From Armatimonadota bacterium (GTDB taxonomy: Bacteria > Armatimonadota > SYMT01), in NCBI GenBank assembly GCA_046292385.1, contig JBKBRF010000011.1:32001-96000 (forward strand): DNA of 64,000 nt. The letters run 5' to 3'. Shown here piece after piece: positions 48,120 to 56,753 of this stretch; within the stretch, counting starts at the first letter, position 1, and every line of letters begins with the position of its first letter. Made by a program: the position numbers and the translations under genes. The notes under the pieces are model-generated. The model was given only the letters and a program-made list of their open reading frames with translations. It ran no database searches and had not been told where the DNA came from.

Positions 48120-48830
48120 ATGTCTTTCGAACAGCTCTTCGCGTGGTGGAACGCGGTCTACAGTGTCCCGCTCATCGTCGTCCTCACCGTGGCGACGGTG
48201 ACGGCGCTGGTGAGTCTCATCGGCGGCGGCTTTGGGGACGCGACCGACGCGGTGGATGCCGACGCCGACGCGGACCTCGACGTCGACGCGGACCTGGATG
48301 CCGACGCGGGGCTCGACGCGCACGGGGATCACGGGCACGGCCATCCCCATACCTCTGACGCTGGTCTACTGCTGCCGGTTCTGGCGGCGATCGGCGTGGG
48401 CCGCGCGCCGCTGATGTTGGTGCTGCAGGTCTTCTGCCTTCTGTGGGGACTGGTAGGGCTTACCCTGCACAGCGCCGCGCCGCAGGCGGGAGCGGGCGCG
48501 CTGCTCTGGTCGCTGCCGATCAGCCTGGTCGCGGCGGCGGTCGGGACCCGGCTTTTCTCGGGGCTGGTCGCCCGCGTGATGCCGCAGTCGGAGAGCTCGG
48601 TCGTGAAGCGCGACCAGCTCGTGGGCCGGATCGGCAAGGTGGTCTACCCGGTGTCGCTGGAAGAGGGCACGATTAACGTCCGCGACGCGCACGGCACGCT
48701 GCACCGGGTGCGGGCCCGGACCCAGCAGGGACGGCTCGACAGCGGCGAGGAGGTGATTATCCTCGGCTTCGATCCGCAGCGCAACCTGTACGAAGTGGAC
48801 GACTCCCGCGAGTTCATCCACCGAGACTGA
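48120..48830 (+). CDS. YqiJ/NfeD-like membrane protein (DUF1449-type)
   Basis: TM, Asp/His-rich loop (DADADADLDVDAD..HGDHGHGH), GRAPLM, C-terminal OB-like domain; upstream of a flotillin gene. Confidence 0.8.
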   Translation: MSFEQLFAWWNAVYSVPLIVVLTVATVTALVSLIGGGFGDATDAVDADADADLDVDADLDADAGLDAHGDHGHGHPHTSDAGLLLPVLAAIGVGRAPLMLVLQVFCLLWGLVGLTLHSAAPQAGAGALLWSLPISLVAAAVGTRLFSGLVARVMPQSESSVVKRDQLVGRIGKVVYPVSLEEGTINVRDAHGTLHRVRARTQQGRLDSGEEVIILGFDPQRNLYEVDDSREFIHRD

Positions 48831-48976
48831 TTCGGTCCGGACCGTATCGTCCGGGCCGGCTCAACGTTCAATAACCGGCACTCGACGAGCAATGCGCGAA
48901 AGGCTACGCGTGAGAGCGGACCGCCCCGGCGGCGGTCTTCACCCGTCGAGGAGAGCCTGGAGGGAGGGTTTCTAGA

Positions 48977-50815
48977 ATGGTAGCCGGACTCTTACTGATC
49001 CTGATCGGGACAATCACCATCATCGTGGGCGCTACCCTTCCCACGCTGGTGCCGGGCACGCCCCTGATGAACGGCATCGCCGTCAGCGTTATCGGCCTGG
49101 TGCTCTTCCTTCTCGGTCTCGGCCTCACCTGGCTCAAGCTCTACCGGAAGACCTCCGCGAACCAGGCGCTGGTGCGGACCGGCCGCGGGAAGGCGCACGT
49201 GGTGATCGACGGCGGCATCGCCGTGATCCCAGTGGTCCACGAAGTGGTGCCGGTCTCGCTGGAGACGATGAAGCTGGAGGTCGAGCGGATGGGCCAGGAC
49301 GCGCTCATCACGCAGGACAACCTCCGCGTCGACGTGAAGGCGGAGTTCTACATCCGCGTCAATCCGAGCGAAGAGGACATCCTCCAGGCGGCGCGCTCGC
49401 TCGGCACGAAGTCGATCGACGCCCGCGCGGTCGGCGGCCTCGTCTTCGAGAAGCTGGTCTCGGCGCTCCGCTCGGTGGCGGCGCAGAAAGACCTCGCCAA
49501 CATTCACAGCGACCGGAAGACGTTCGCCAGCGCGGTGCAGGAGCTGGTGGCGGAAGAGCTGCAGCAGAACGGTCTGCTGCTGGAGACGGTCACGATCTCC
49601 CGCCTCGACCAGACCGATCCGCACGGGCTCTCCGATGAGAACATCTTCGACGCCCAGGGCAAAAAGAAGATCACGGAGATCACCGCGGCGGCCCGCGTGG
49701 AGCGGAACCGGCTGGAAAAGATCGCCGAGCAGTCGATCACCGAGCAGAACGTGCGCACCACGGAGCAGGTGCTCGGTCTGGAGCGGCAGCGGGCGGAGGC
49801 GCAGGCGACCCAGGAGCGCGACGTCGCGAACATCCACGCCGAGCGCGCCCGGGAGAAGCAGGCGTTCTCCGTGGAGCAGGAGCGGGCCGTCCGCGAAGCG
49901 GAGATCGCCCGCGACCTCGCCATCGAGACCGCGAACATCGAGCGGGACCGCACCCTGATCCGGCGCCAGCAGGAGCGGGAGCAGACCGACATCGAGCGCA
50001 TCAAGGCGGTCGAGCTGGCGGAGCGCCAGAAGCAGATCGCGATCGCCGAGCAGGAAGCGCTCCGCGCGCAGGCGGAGAAGAGCGCGCTCGAGGCGAGCGC
50101 CGAGCGGGAGCGGGCGAGCCAGGACGTCGTCACCGTCCAGGCGACGGCCCAGGCCGAGCGCGAGGCGCAGACCAAGCTGATCGCCGCCAAGCAGGTGATC
50201 GAGCAGGACAAGATCAAGCGCCAGACCGACGCCGAGGTGGCGGCCTTTGCGGAGATCCGCAAGGCGGAAGCCGCGATGAAGGCGGCGGAGCTGGAAGCGC
50301 AGGCGAAGCTCCGGCTGGCCCAGGCGGAGGCCCAGGCGAAAGAGCTGATCGCCCAGGGCGACCGGGCACAGCGGATGGTGGAGGTCGACGTCGAGCGTGA
50401 GCGGGTCAACGTAGAGAAGGCGCGGGTCGACGTGGAGCGGCAGGCGCTGGAGAACCGCCAGACCTTCGAGCGGGCGGCCCTCGACTTCGAGACGAACAAG
50501 CTGCGCATCGAGGCGGAGAAGCAGGTCCAGATGGCGCTGGCCCAGGCGCTGGGACAGTTCATGTCGAAGGGCAACTTCAACGTCTACGGCGACCCGACCA
50601 CGATGTCGCAGATGTTCAACCAGTACGCGCAGGGGATGGGCTTCAGCCACAAGGTCGACGGCCTGCTGAAGAACCTGCCCGGGCCGGTAACGGATATGCT
50701 CCAGGGCATGGGTCCGCAGGCCGCGCAGGCGCTGGAGGAGTTCATGCGAGGCCGCGACGGCAACGGCAAGCTCAAGCCGGCCGATACCCCCGCTGCAGAG
50801 GCGGAGACCGCGTGA
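48977..50815 (+). CDS. Flotillin/SPFH (YqiK-like) protein
   Basis: ALVRTG, ALITQD..RVDV.AEFYIRV, NGLLLETVTISRLDQT, FDAQG, long AE-rich coiled coil. Confidence 0.92.
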   Translation: MVAGLLLILIGTITIIVGATLPTLVPGTPLMNGIAVSVIGLVLFLLGLGLTWLKLYRKTSANQALVRTGRGKAHVVIDGGIAVIPVVHEVVPVSLETMKLEVERMGQDALITQDNLRVDVKAEFYIRVNPSEEDILQAARSLGTKSIDARAVGGLVFEKLVSALRSVAAQKDLANIHSDRKTFASAVQELVAEELQQNGLLLETVTISRLDQTDPHGLSDENIFDAQGKKKITEITAAARVERNRLEKIAEQSITEQNVRTTEQVLGLERQRAEAQATQERDVANIHAERAREKQAFSVEQERAVREAEIARDLAIETANIERDRTLIRRQQEREQTDIERIKAVELAERQKQIAIAEQEALRAQAEKSALEASAERERASQDVVTVQATAQAEREAQTKLIAAKQVIEQDKIKRQTDAEVAAFAEIRKAEAAMKAAELEAQAKLRLAQAEAQAKELIAQGDRAQRMVEVDVERERVNVEKARVDVERQALENRQTFERAALDFETNKLRIEAEKQVQMALAQALGQFMSKGNFNVYGDPTTMSQMFNQYAQGMGFSHKVDGLLKNLPGPVTDMLQGMGPQAAQALEEFMRGRDGNGKLKPADTPAAEAETA

Positions 50816-50819
50816 CCTC

Positions 50820-50904
50820 CCGTTAGCAGGTTGCAGGTTGGCAAGTTTCAGGTTAGCCCGCCGTGAACGGGGTTCGGAACCTGGAACTTGCAACCTGCTA
50901 ACGG
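50820..50904. repeat. CAGGTT 7-8-mer inverted array (family B)
   Basis: Perfect 16-bp IR 50820-50835/50889-50904. Confidence 0.8.
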
Positions 50905-50940
50905 CCCTCCAACAGTGACAGCAACCGCCGGGGAAAAGCC

Positions 50941-51438
50941 ATGGTCGACGCGGAAAAACAGGAGCTTCAGATCGGCGCAATGCCGTTCACCGAGGAGGCG
51001 GACGCGGCGCTCCAGGCGATGCAGGCGTGGAAGAACCGGCTGCTCGACTTCGCAGTCGACAACCCGACCGAAGCGCTGCTGGCGGTGCTGACCGGCGGGG
51101 CGATGGTTTTCTACCTGGCGGAGCGGGGCGCGAACGAGCGGGTGCAGTCGTACGCGGACGCGCTCCACTACATCGCCACCTGCTTCTCCGTCGGCTACGC
51201 CAACCTCTTCCCGCAAACGACCATCGGGAAGGTGGTCGCCGCCACCGTCATGTCGATCGGTCCCTCCCTCGCGTCCTGGCAGCTCGAAGGGCGGCTCGTC
51301 CGCCGCGCCGCCGACGCAGCGGATGCCGCCTCGCCCCCGGTGCGCCCCGACTTCGCCCCGGTGGTCGACAAGCTGGACGCGATCCTGCAGGAGCTGCAGG
51401 CCCAGAACCGCACCGCACCGGAAGCCCCCGCGAAGTAA
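50941..51438 (+). CDS. Two-TM ion channel family protein (K+ channel-like pore, variant filter)
   Basis: TM-AERGAN..SYADALHYIATCFSVGYANLFPQT.IGK-TM. Confidence 0.75.
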   Translation: MVDAEKQELQIGAMPFTEEADAALQAMQAWKNRLLDFAVDNPTEALLAVLTGGAMVFYLAERGANERVQSYADALHYIATCFSVGYANLFPQTTIGKVVAATVMSIGPSLASWQLEGRLVRRAADAADAASPPVRPDFAPVVDKLDAILQELQAQNRTAPEAPAK

Positions 51439-51519
51439 GGCGGGGGCCTCCCGGGGAGGAACTTGCCCCGTCCGTCCCACAAGTCTGCTCTGCAGCGAGG
51501 GAGCGAGACGGGACACGGC

Positions 51520-53043
51520 ATGGGATTTCAGATCGGGGTGGGGCTGGTCATTATCGCGGCGGCGGTCTTCGCCGTGCTGCGGCGGGTCGACGTGCGGCTC
51601 GCGCTGCTCCTCGCCGCGCTGGCCCTGGGCACCCTGGCGGGCGATCCCGCCGCCATCGTCCAGAAGTTCTTCGCCACCTTCACCTCGCCGGACTACGTGA
51701 TCCCGCTCGGCTGCGCGATGGGGTTCGCCTACGTGCTCCGGCACACGGAGTGCGATCAGCACCTGGTGCACCTGCTCACCGATCCACTCCGAAAGGCCCG
51801 GATCTTTCTGATCCCCGGGGCGGTGCTCGTCGGATTCATCGTCAACATCCCGATCATCAGCCAGACCAGCTCCGCCGTTGCCATCGGCTCGGTGCTGATC
51901 CCGCTGCTGCTGGCGGCCAAGGTCTCCCGCGTCACGGCCGGCGCGGCGCTGCTGCTCGGCGTCTCCATCGGCGGCGAGCTCTTCAACCAGGGCGCACCGG
52001 AATACCGCAGCGTCATTGCCGGCACGGCGGCGGTGGGGCTCCCCCGCCCCACGGAGGCTGCGCTCATCCAGCAGATGCTCCCGCTCAACCTGCTCAACCT
52101 GGCGGTGGCCACCTCCGTCTTCTGGTTCCTGAGCCTGCGGGCGGAGAAGAAGCACGCGGCGGAGCGGGAGTTCGCCGAGAGGCGGGAAGAGGCCGATCCC
52201 GCGCGGGCGCTCTTCAAGGTGAGCCTGTTCAAGGCCGCGGTCCCGCTGATCCCGCTGGCGCTCCTCTTCATCCTCGGCGAGCCGCTGCGACTGCTGTCGA
52301 TCCCCCACGAGTGGCTCGTAGGCAGTAAGGAGGCGCCGGCCCTGCTCCAGAAGGCGGCCGACTTCCTGGAGCAGCCGTCCGCCCGCGGTGCGATCGGGGC
52401 GGCGTTCAGCGCGCGGCTCATCGGGGCCGCCATGCTGATCGGCGCGATCGTCGCGGCGCTCACCGATTTCAAGAAGGCGGGCGGCGTGGCGGGCGCCTTC
52501 TTCGAGGGTGCCGGCTACGCGCTCGCCCACGTTGTCTCGATCATCGTCGCCGCCGCCTGCTTCGGGGAAGGGGTCCGCCTGATCGGACTGGACAAGCCGA
52601 TCGGTCACCTGATCGACTACGTTCCCGGCCTCCTGCAGCCGGCGGCCGGCTTCCTCACCCTCGCCTTCGGTGCGGTCTCCGGCTCCGGCATCGCCGCCAC
52701 GCAGAGCCTCTTCGGGTTCTTCGCCGCGCCCGCCCTGCAGGTCGGCGTCGCCCCGGAGCACGTCGGCGCCATCGTCTCGATCGGCGCTGCGGCGGGGCGG
52801 ACCATGTCCCCGGTCGCGGCGGTCACGCTGATGTCCGCCTCTCTCACGGAGACCGACCCGCTCGAGCTGGTGAAGCGCGTAGCGCCGCCGCTGCTGATCG
52901 GGGTCACCACCGTGGTGATCGCCGGGATGCTGATGGTGGCGTTCGGCCACCGCCGCCTGCCGGACAACGTGCCGACGGATCCGCCCGTAAAGGTGGGGCG
53001 GGTGGTGAATGACGGCGCGAGGACGGCCCCTTTGAGTCCGTGA
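51520..53043 (+). CDS. DcuC-like C4-dicarboxylate transporter (IT superfamily)
   Basis: Multiple TMs; MGFAYVL..T.CD.HLV, SIGGELFN, GSGIA, GRTMSPVAAV. Confidence 0.75.
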   Translation: MGFQIGVGLVIIAAAVFAVLRRVDVRLALLLAALALGTLAGDPAAIVQKFFATFTSPDYVIPLGCAMGFAYVLRHTECDQHLVHLLTDPLRKARIFLIPGAVLVGFIVNIPIISQTSSAVAIGSVLIPLLLAAKVSRVTAGAALLLGVSIGGELFNQGAPEYRSVIAGTAAVGLPRPTEAALIQQMLPLNLLNLAVATSVFWFLSLRAEKKHAAEREFAERREEADPARALFKVSLFKAAVPLIPLALLFILGEPLRLLSIPHEWLVGSKEAPALLQKAADFLEQPSARGAIGAAFSARLIGAAMLIGAIVAALTDFKKAGGVAGAFFEGAGYALAHVVSIIVAAACFGEGVRLIGLDKPIGHLIDYVPGLLQPAAGFLTLAFGAVSGSGIAATQSLFGFFAAPALQVGVAPEHVGAIVSIGAAAGRTMSPVAAVTLMSASLTETDPLELVKRVAPPLLIGVTTVVIAGMLMVAFGHRRLPDNVPTDPPVKVGRVVNDGARTAPLSP

Positions 53044-53046
53044 GAC

Positions 53047-53195
53047 TGCCGGGCGGTTGAAACCGCAGCAACCACGGCACGAAGTTTTATCCCCCGAACG
53101 GGGGACCGCCTCCGCGGACTAAGAAGGCCCGGTTCGGGCGTCCGGAGGACGCGTGGCCGCAGGCCGTCCAGCGAGGTATTTCAATGCCTCGCGGC
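53047..53195. repeat. REP-like element (family D)
   Basis: 53134-53165 is the exact reverse complement of 18973-19004, followed by the palindrome GCGAGGTATTTCAATGCCTCGC. Confidence 0.7.
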
Positions 53196-53288
53196 TCCGC
53201 GGGCGACGCGCCGCAGCCCCCGATCGATGGCTTCCCGCCACGAGGGCTCGCTTCGAACCGCACAGCCGCGCCACGCAAGCCCAAATCA

Positions 53289-53328
53289 ACCAGCCGGGCC
53301 GAGGAGTCTCCTCCCCGGCCCGGCTGGT
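53289..53328. terminator. Hairpin between convergent transporter and pilT genes
   Basis: ACCAGCCGGGCCGAGGAG / CTCCCCGGCCCGGCTGGT. Confidence 0.55.
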
Positions 53329-53350
53329 GCTCTCCGAAGCTTGCCGCGAC

Positions 53351-54418
53351 CTACGTAGGCCGGCGCATCATCTGGCGCAGCTCGGTGGAGTTGCCGGCGT
53401 AGACCAGCGCGTCTTCCTCGCTGATGAGCCCGGCGCGCCAGTAGCGCAGCAGGCACTGGTTCATCGTCTGCATGCCCCAGTACTCGCCGTCGCGGATGTG
53501 CTCGTAGATCATCCCGAAGCGGCCTTCTTCCACCAGCTTCGCGACGGTGGGGGTGTTGATCATCACTTCCACGCCCGGCACGCGGCCGGAGCCGTCGCCG
53601 CGCGGGACCAGCTTCTGGGAGACGACGCCCCGCAGCGAGTTGGACATACGCATACAGATCTGCGCCTTCTCGTGCGGCGGGAACATGTTGATGATGCGGT
53701 CCATCGTCTCGTAGGCGCTCGGGGTGTGCACCGTGGAGAAGACGAGGTGGCCGGTCTCCGCCGCCTGGAGGCAGATGGAGAAGGTCTCCACGTCGCGCAT
53801 TTCACCGATGAGGATCACGTCCGGAGCCTGGCGGAGCACGTACTTCATGCCGGCCTGGAAGCTCTCGGTGTCGATGTTCACCTCGCGCTGGTTGACGATC
53901 CCCATCTTGTCCTGGTGGACGAACTCGATCGGGTCCTCGATGGTGACGATGTTCTTCGGCTGGTTCTCGTTGATCTGGTTCAGCATCGCCGCCAGGGTGG
54001 TCGACTTGCCGGAGCCGGTCGGCCCGGTCACCAGCACCAGCCCCTGCTTCTGCTTGGGGAGCTCCTTCAGCACCGGCGGCACACCCAGCTCGTCCAGGTG
54101 CGGCATGGTGAGCGGGATGAGCCGGAGACACATCCCCACGGAGCCCTTCTGCTGGTAGACGTTGCAGCGGAAGCGGGAGAACGGGCGGCTAAAGCCGAGG
54201 TCCATCTCGCGGCGCTGCTCGTACCGCTGGATCTGCTGCGGCGTCATCAGCCCGTAGGCAAGCTGGCGGATGTCGTCGCCGCTCTGCACGGGATAATCGG
54301 AGCGGGTGATCTTGCCGTGGAGGCGGTAGATCGGGGGAGCGTTCTCTTTGAAGAAGACGTCCGAGGCCCGGAGCTCGTGGGCCTTAAGAAGCACATCGTC
54401 CAGACTAATTGAAGGCAT
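53351..54418 (-). CDS. pilT: Type IV pilus retraction ATPase (PilT/PilU family)
   Basis: RFRCNVYQQKG, GPTGSGKSTTLAAM, TIEDPIEF, NQREV, LRQAPDVILIGEMRD, AAETGHLVFSTVHT, GMQTM. Confidence 0.85.
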   Translation of the reverse strand: MPSISLDDVLLKAHELRASDVFFKENAPPIYRLHGKITRSDYPVQSGDDIRQLAYGLMTPQQIQRYEQRREMDLGFSRPFSRFRCNVYQQKGSVGMCLRLIPLTMPHLDELGVPPVLKELPKQKQGLVLVTGPTGSGKSTTLAAMLNQINENQPKNIVTIEDPIEFVHQDKMGIVNQREVNIDTESFQAGMKYVLRQAPDVILIGEMRDVETFSICLQAAETGHLVFSTVHTPSAYETMDRIINMFPPHEKAQICMRMSNSLRGVVSQKLVPRGDGSGRVPGVEVMINTPTVAKLVEEGRFGMIYEHIRDGEYWGMQTMNQCLLRYWRAGLISEEDALVYAGNSTELRQMMRRPT

Positions 54419-55198
54419 TTACCGCGGTTCCTCCCCAGACGACTTCCGGCGCTGGGCCAGCAGCACGCTAACGATCAAGACTACACTGACGCCCACGACA
54501 AGCAGGATAGCGACCACGGCGGCGATCAGTCGCCAGCTCGGGCCGGATTGGCTCTGGGAAACACTGGGCACGCTGTCGGGAACGCCGCGGCTCTGATCAA
54601 TCCAGACCTCGAAGGAAACGGAGTTGTTCCCTACCCGCTGCGAACGCACCTGGAGCGGCGGCTCGGAGAAGCTCGGCGGCGGCTGCTGCATGGGGAAGCT
54701 CCCCATGAACATGAACGTCGCGCTGAAGTGACCGTACCGCCGGTAGGTTTGGATCAGGGGGTCGAGGTTGATGGCGCCCGACTGCCAGTTTGCCAGTCCG
54801 GTCATATTCGCCGAGCCGGTGGCAATCACCTCGTTCCGGCCCGGCAGCTTCTCCCGCTCCACCCGCACCTCCGCTGCCTGGGTGCCGAGGGCGGCGGCAA
54901 GCTGTTGCAGGTCCTGCCGGATCTGCGGGTCCTTGATCGACTCCGGGTACGCCACGGCGACCGAGTCCGGACCGCCGGGAATGGAGAAGACGACGACGGA
55001 GATCTCGAACGCGTTGGGATTGACCCGTGTCTCCGCGGCGGGGGCGGGAGCGTTGGCGCCCGGCTGCTGGGCGGACGCGGCGAGTGGGAGTGCCGCCAGG
55101 CCAACCGCGCAGAGGGGAAGAAGCCAGGAGCGGACCCTTCGGGCCCGGCTGGCTCCCCGGGAGTGAGACCGCGCTCCAGGCCAGAAGGAGAGGGGCAT
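54419..55198 (-). CDS. Exported protein with C-terminal TM anchor, unknown function
   Basis: Signal-like N-terminus, C-terminal TM plus RRK; its stop abuts the pilT ATG (TAAATG). Confidence 0.65.
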   Translation of the reverse strand: MPLSFWPGARSHSRGASRARRVRSWLLPLCAVGLAALPLAASAQQPGANAPAPAAETRVNPNAFEISVVVFSIPGGPDSVAVAYPESIKDPQIRQDLQQLAAALGTQAAEVRVEREKLPGRNEVIATGSANMTGLANWQSGAINLDPLIQTYRRYGHFSATFMFMGSFPMQQPPPSFSEPPLQVRSQRVGNNSVSFEVWIDQSRGVPDSVPSVSQSQSGPSWRLIAAVVAILLVVGVSVVLIVSVLLAQRRKSSGEEPR

Positions 55199-55290
55199 AG
55201 AAAAACCCAGTCACCGGCCGTTTCAGAAGAGGAGCCGATGCCTGCTGGCACAGGCTCCACGAACACACAGCCGGCCCTGGGTGATGGAAG

Positions 55291-55363
55291 TGGAGCAGAG
55301 GGGACTCGAACCCCTGACCCTCACGCTGCCAGCGTGATGCTCTCCCAGCTGAGCTACTGCCCC
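55291..55363 (-). tRNA. tRNA-Ala(GGC), CCA not encoded
   Basis: GGGGCAG acceptor with G3:U70, TAGCTCAGCTGGGAGAGC D-arm, TCACG-CTGGCAG-CGTGA anticodon arm, GGTTCGAGTCC T-arm. Confidence 0.97.
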
Positions 55364-55382
55364 GGAACCGAACAACGCGGCG

Positions 55383-55411
55383 ATTATAGCAGCGGCCGGT
55401 TGCCGCGTCAA
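55383..55411 (-). promoter_or_regulatory. Near-consensus sigma70 promoter of tRNA-Ala
   Basis: TTGACG-17nt-TATAAT with extended TG. Confidence 0.8.
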
Positions 55412-55433
55412 GACGCCGATCTAGCCTGGAAAA

Positions 55434-55532
55434 TGGCGGGGATGTGTGGGAATCGAACCCACCCAAGACAGGATCAACTGCCTCGAACAAGGTTTTGAAG
55501 ACCCGCCGAGCCACCAGGCCCGATCCACCCCC
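55434..55532 (-). tRNA. selC: tRNA-Sec(UCA)
   Basis: 8-nt acceptor strands, 6-bp D stem, CTTCAAA anticodon loop, long variable arm, GTGGG-TTCGATT-CCCAC, terminal GCCA; next to selD and selA. Confidence 0.93.
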
Positions 55533-55585
55533 TCGTTCCGCGCGGCGCGGCAGCGAGCTGCCGTCCCGCACGGCATATCTTACCA

Positions 55586-56620
55586 CTACGCGACGCGAAT
55601 GGTTCCCGGCTCGCCGGAAATGACGCGTCCGATCACCGCGCGCACTGCCGCGCCTTCCGCCTCCAGCGCCTGGAGCAGCGCTTCGGTCCGCTCGGCCGGG
55701 CACGCGATGAGCAGGCCGCCGGAGGTCTGCGGATCGAAGCAGGTCACGCGGACCGCCTCCGGCACCGATTCCTCGAAGCCGACGCGCTCTCCCAGGAAGG
55801 CGGCGTTGGCGCGGCCGCCGCCGGTGTTCACCCCCGCCCCCGCGTGCTCCAGGGCACCCGGGAAGAACGGGATCTGCCCCGAGGAGAGCTCCGCGGCGAC
55901 CCCGCTCTGGTCCACCATCTCGAACAGGTGCCCCAGCAGGGAGAAGCCGGTGACGTCGGTGCAGGCGTGCACCCCCACCGCCGCCATCGCCCGCGCCGCG
56001 CCGGCGTTCAGCGTCTTCATCGACTGCGTGACGACCGCGGTCTGCTCCTCGGTCGCCAGCCCCCGCTTGAGCGCCGTGGTGACGATGCCGGTGCCGACCG
56101 CCTTGGTCAGCACCAGGTCGTCCCCCACGCGGGCGCCCTTGGTGGCGGTTACCTGCGACGGGTGGACGATTCCGGTGACGCTGAGTCCGAACTTGATCAC
56201 CTCGTCGTTGACGGTGTGTCCGCCCAGCAGCAGCGCGCCGCTCTCCGCCACCTTGTCCGCCCCACCCCGCAGGATCTCCACCAGGACTTCCTTCGGGTAC
56301 CCCTCCATCGGGAAGCAGACGATGTTCATCGCCGTGAGCGGGATGCCGCCCATCGCGTAGACGTCCGAGAGCGAGTTCGCGGCGGCGATCTGGCCGTAGT
56401 CGTACGGGTCGTCGACGATCGGCGTGAAGAAGTCGAGCGTCTGGATCAGCGCCCGATCGGCGTCGATCTGGTACACGCCGGCGTCGTCGGGCGTCTCCAG
56501 CCCGACCAGCACCTTCTCGCTCACCTGTTTCGGCAGTTGGCGCAGCACCTGCGCCAGGTCCTCAGCGGACGCTTTGGACGCTCACCCGCCGCACTTGACG
56601 GTATCGGTCAAACGGATCAT
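55586..56620 (-). CDS. selD: Selenide, water dikinase; selenoprotein (UGA codon 13 = Sec)
   Basis: MIRLTDTVKCGG(TGA)ASK continues in frame into DDAGVY, TLDFFTPIVDDPY, DVTGFSLLGH, DPQTSGGLL. Confidence 0.95.
56541..56567 (-). promoter_or_regulatory. Putative bacterial SECIS hairpin
   Basis: CGC..AG.ACCTG-GCG-CAGGT.CT.GCG with a G-starting apical loop ~27 nt 3' of the UGA at 56582-56584. Confidence 0.6.
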
Positions 56621-56639
56621 CGGTACCCCTCAACGTTCT

Positions 56640-56753
56640 GTTGCAGGTTTCCAGGTTGCAAGTTCCAGGGTTCGAACCCCGCCGACCGGAAGCAGACCGA
56701 TAGCTCGTCGGGCTGCACTAACTTGCAAACCTGCAACCTGCTAACCTGCTAAC
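56640..56753. repeat. CAGGTT 7-8-mer inverted array (family B)
   Basis: TTGCAGGTTTCCAGGTTGCAAGTTCCAGG ... AACTTGCAAACCTGCAACCTGCTAACCTGCTAAC between selA and selD. Confidence 0.8.

Noticed and set aside
55200..55585. Genomic island integrated at tRNA-Ala or tRNA-Sec
   Set aside because: No integrase and no duplicated tRNA 3' end noticed in the window.
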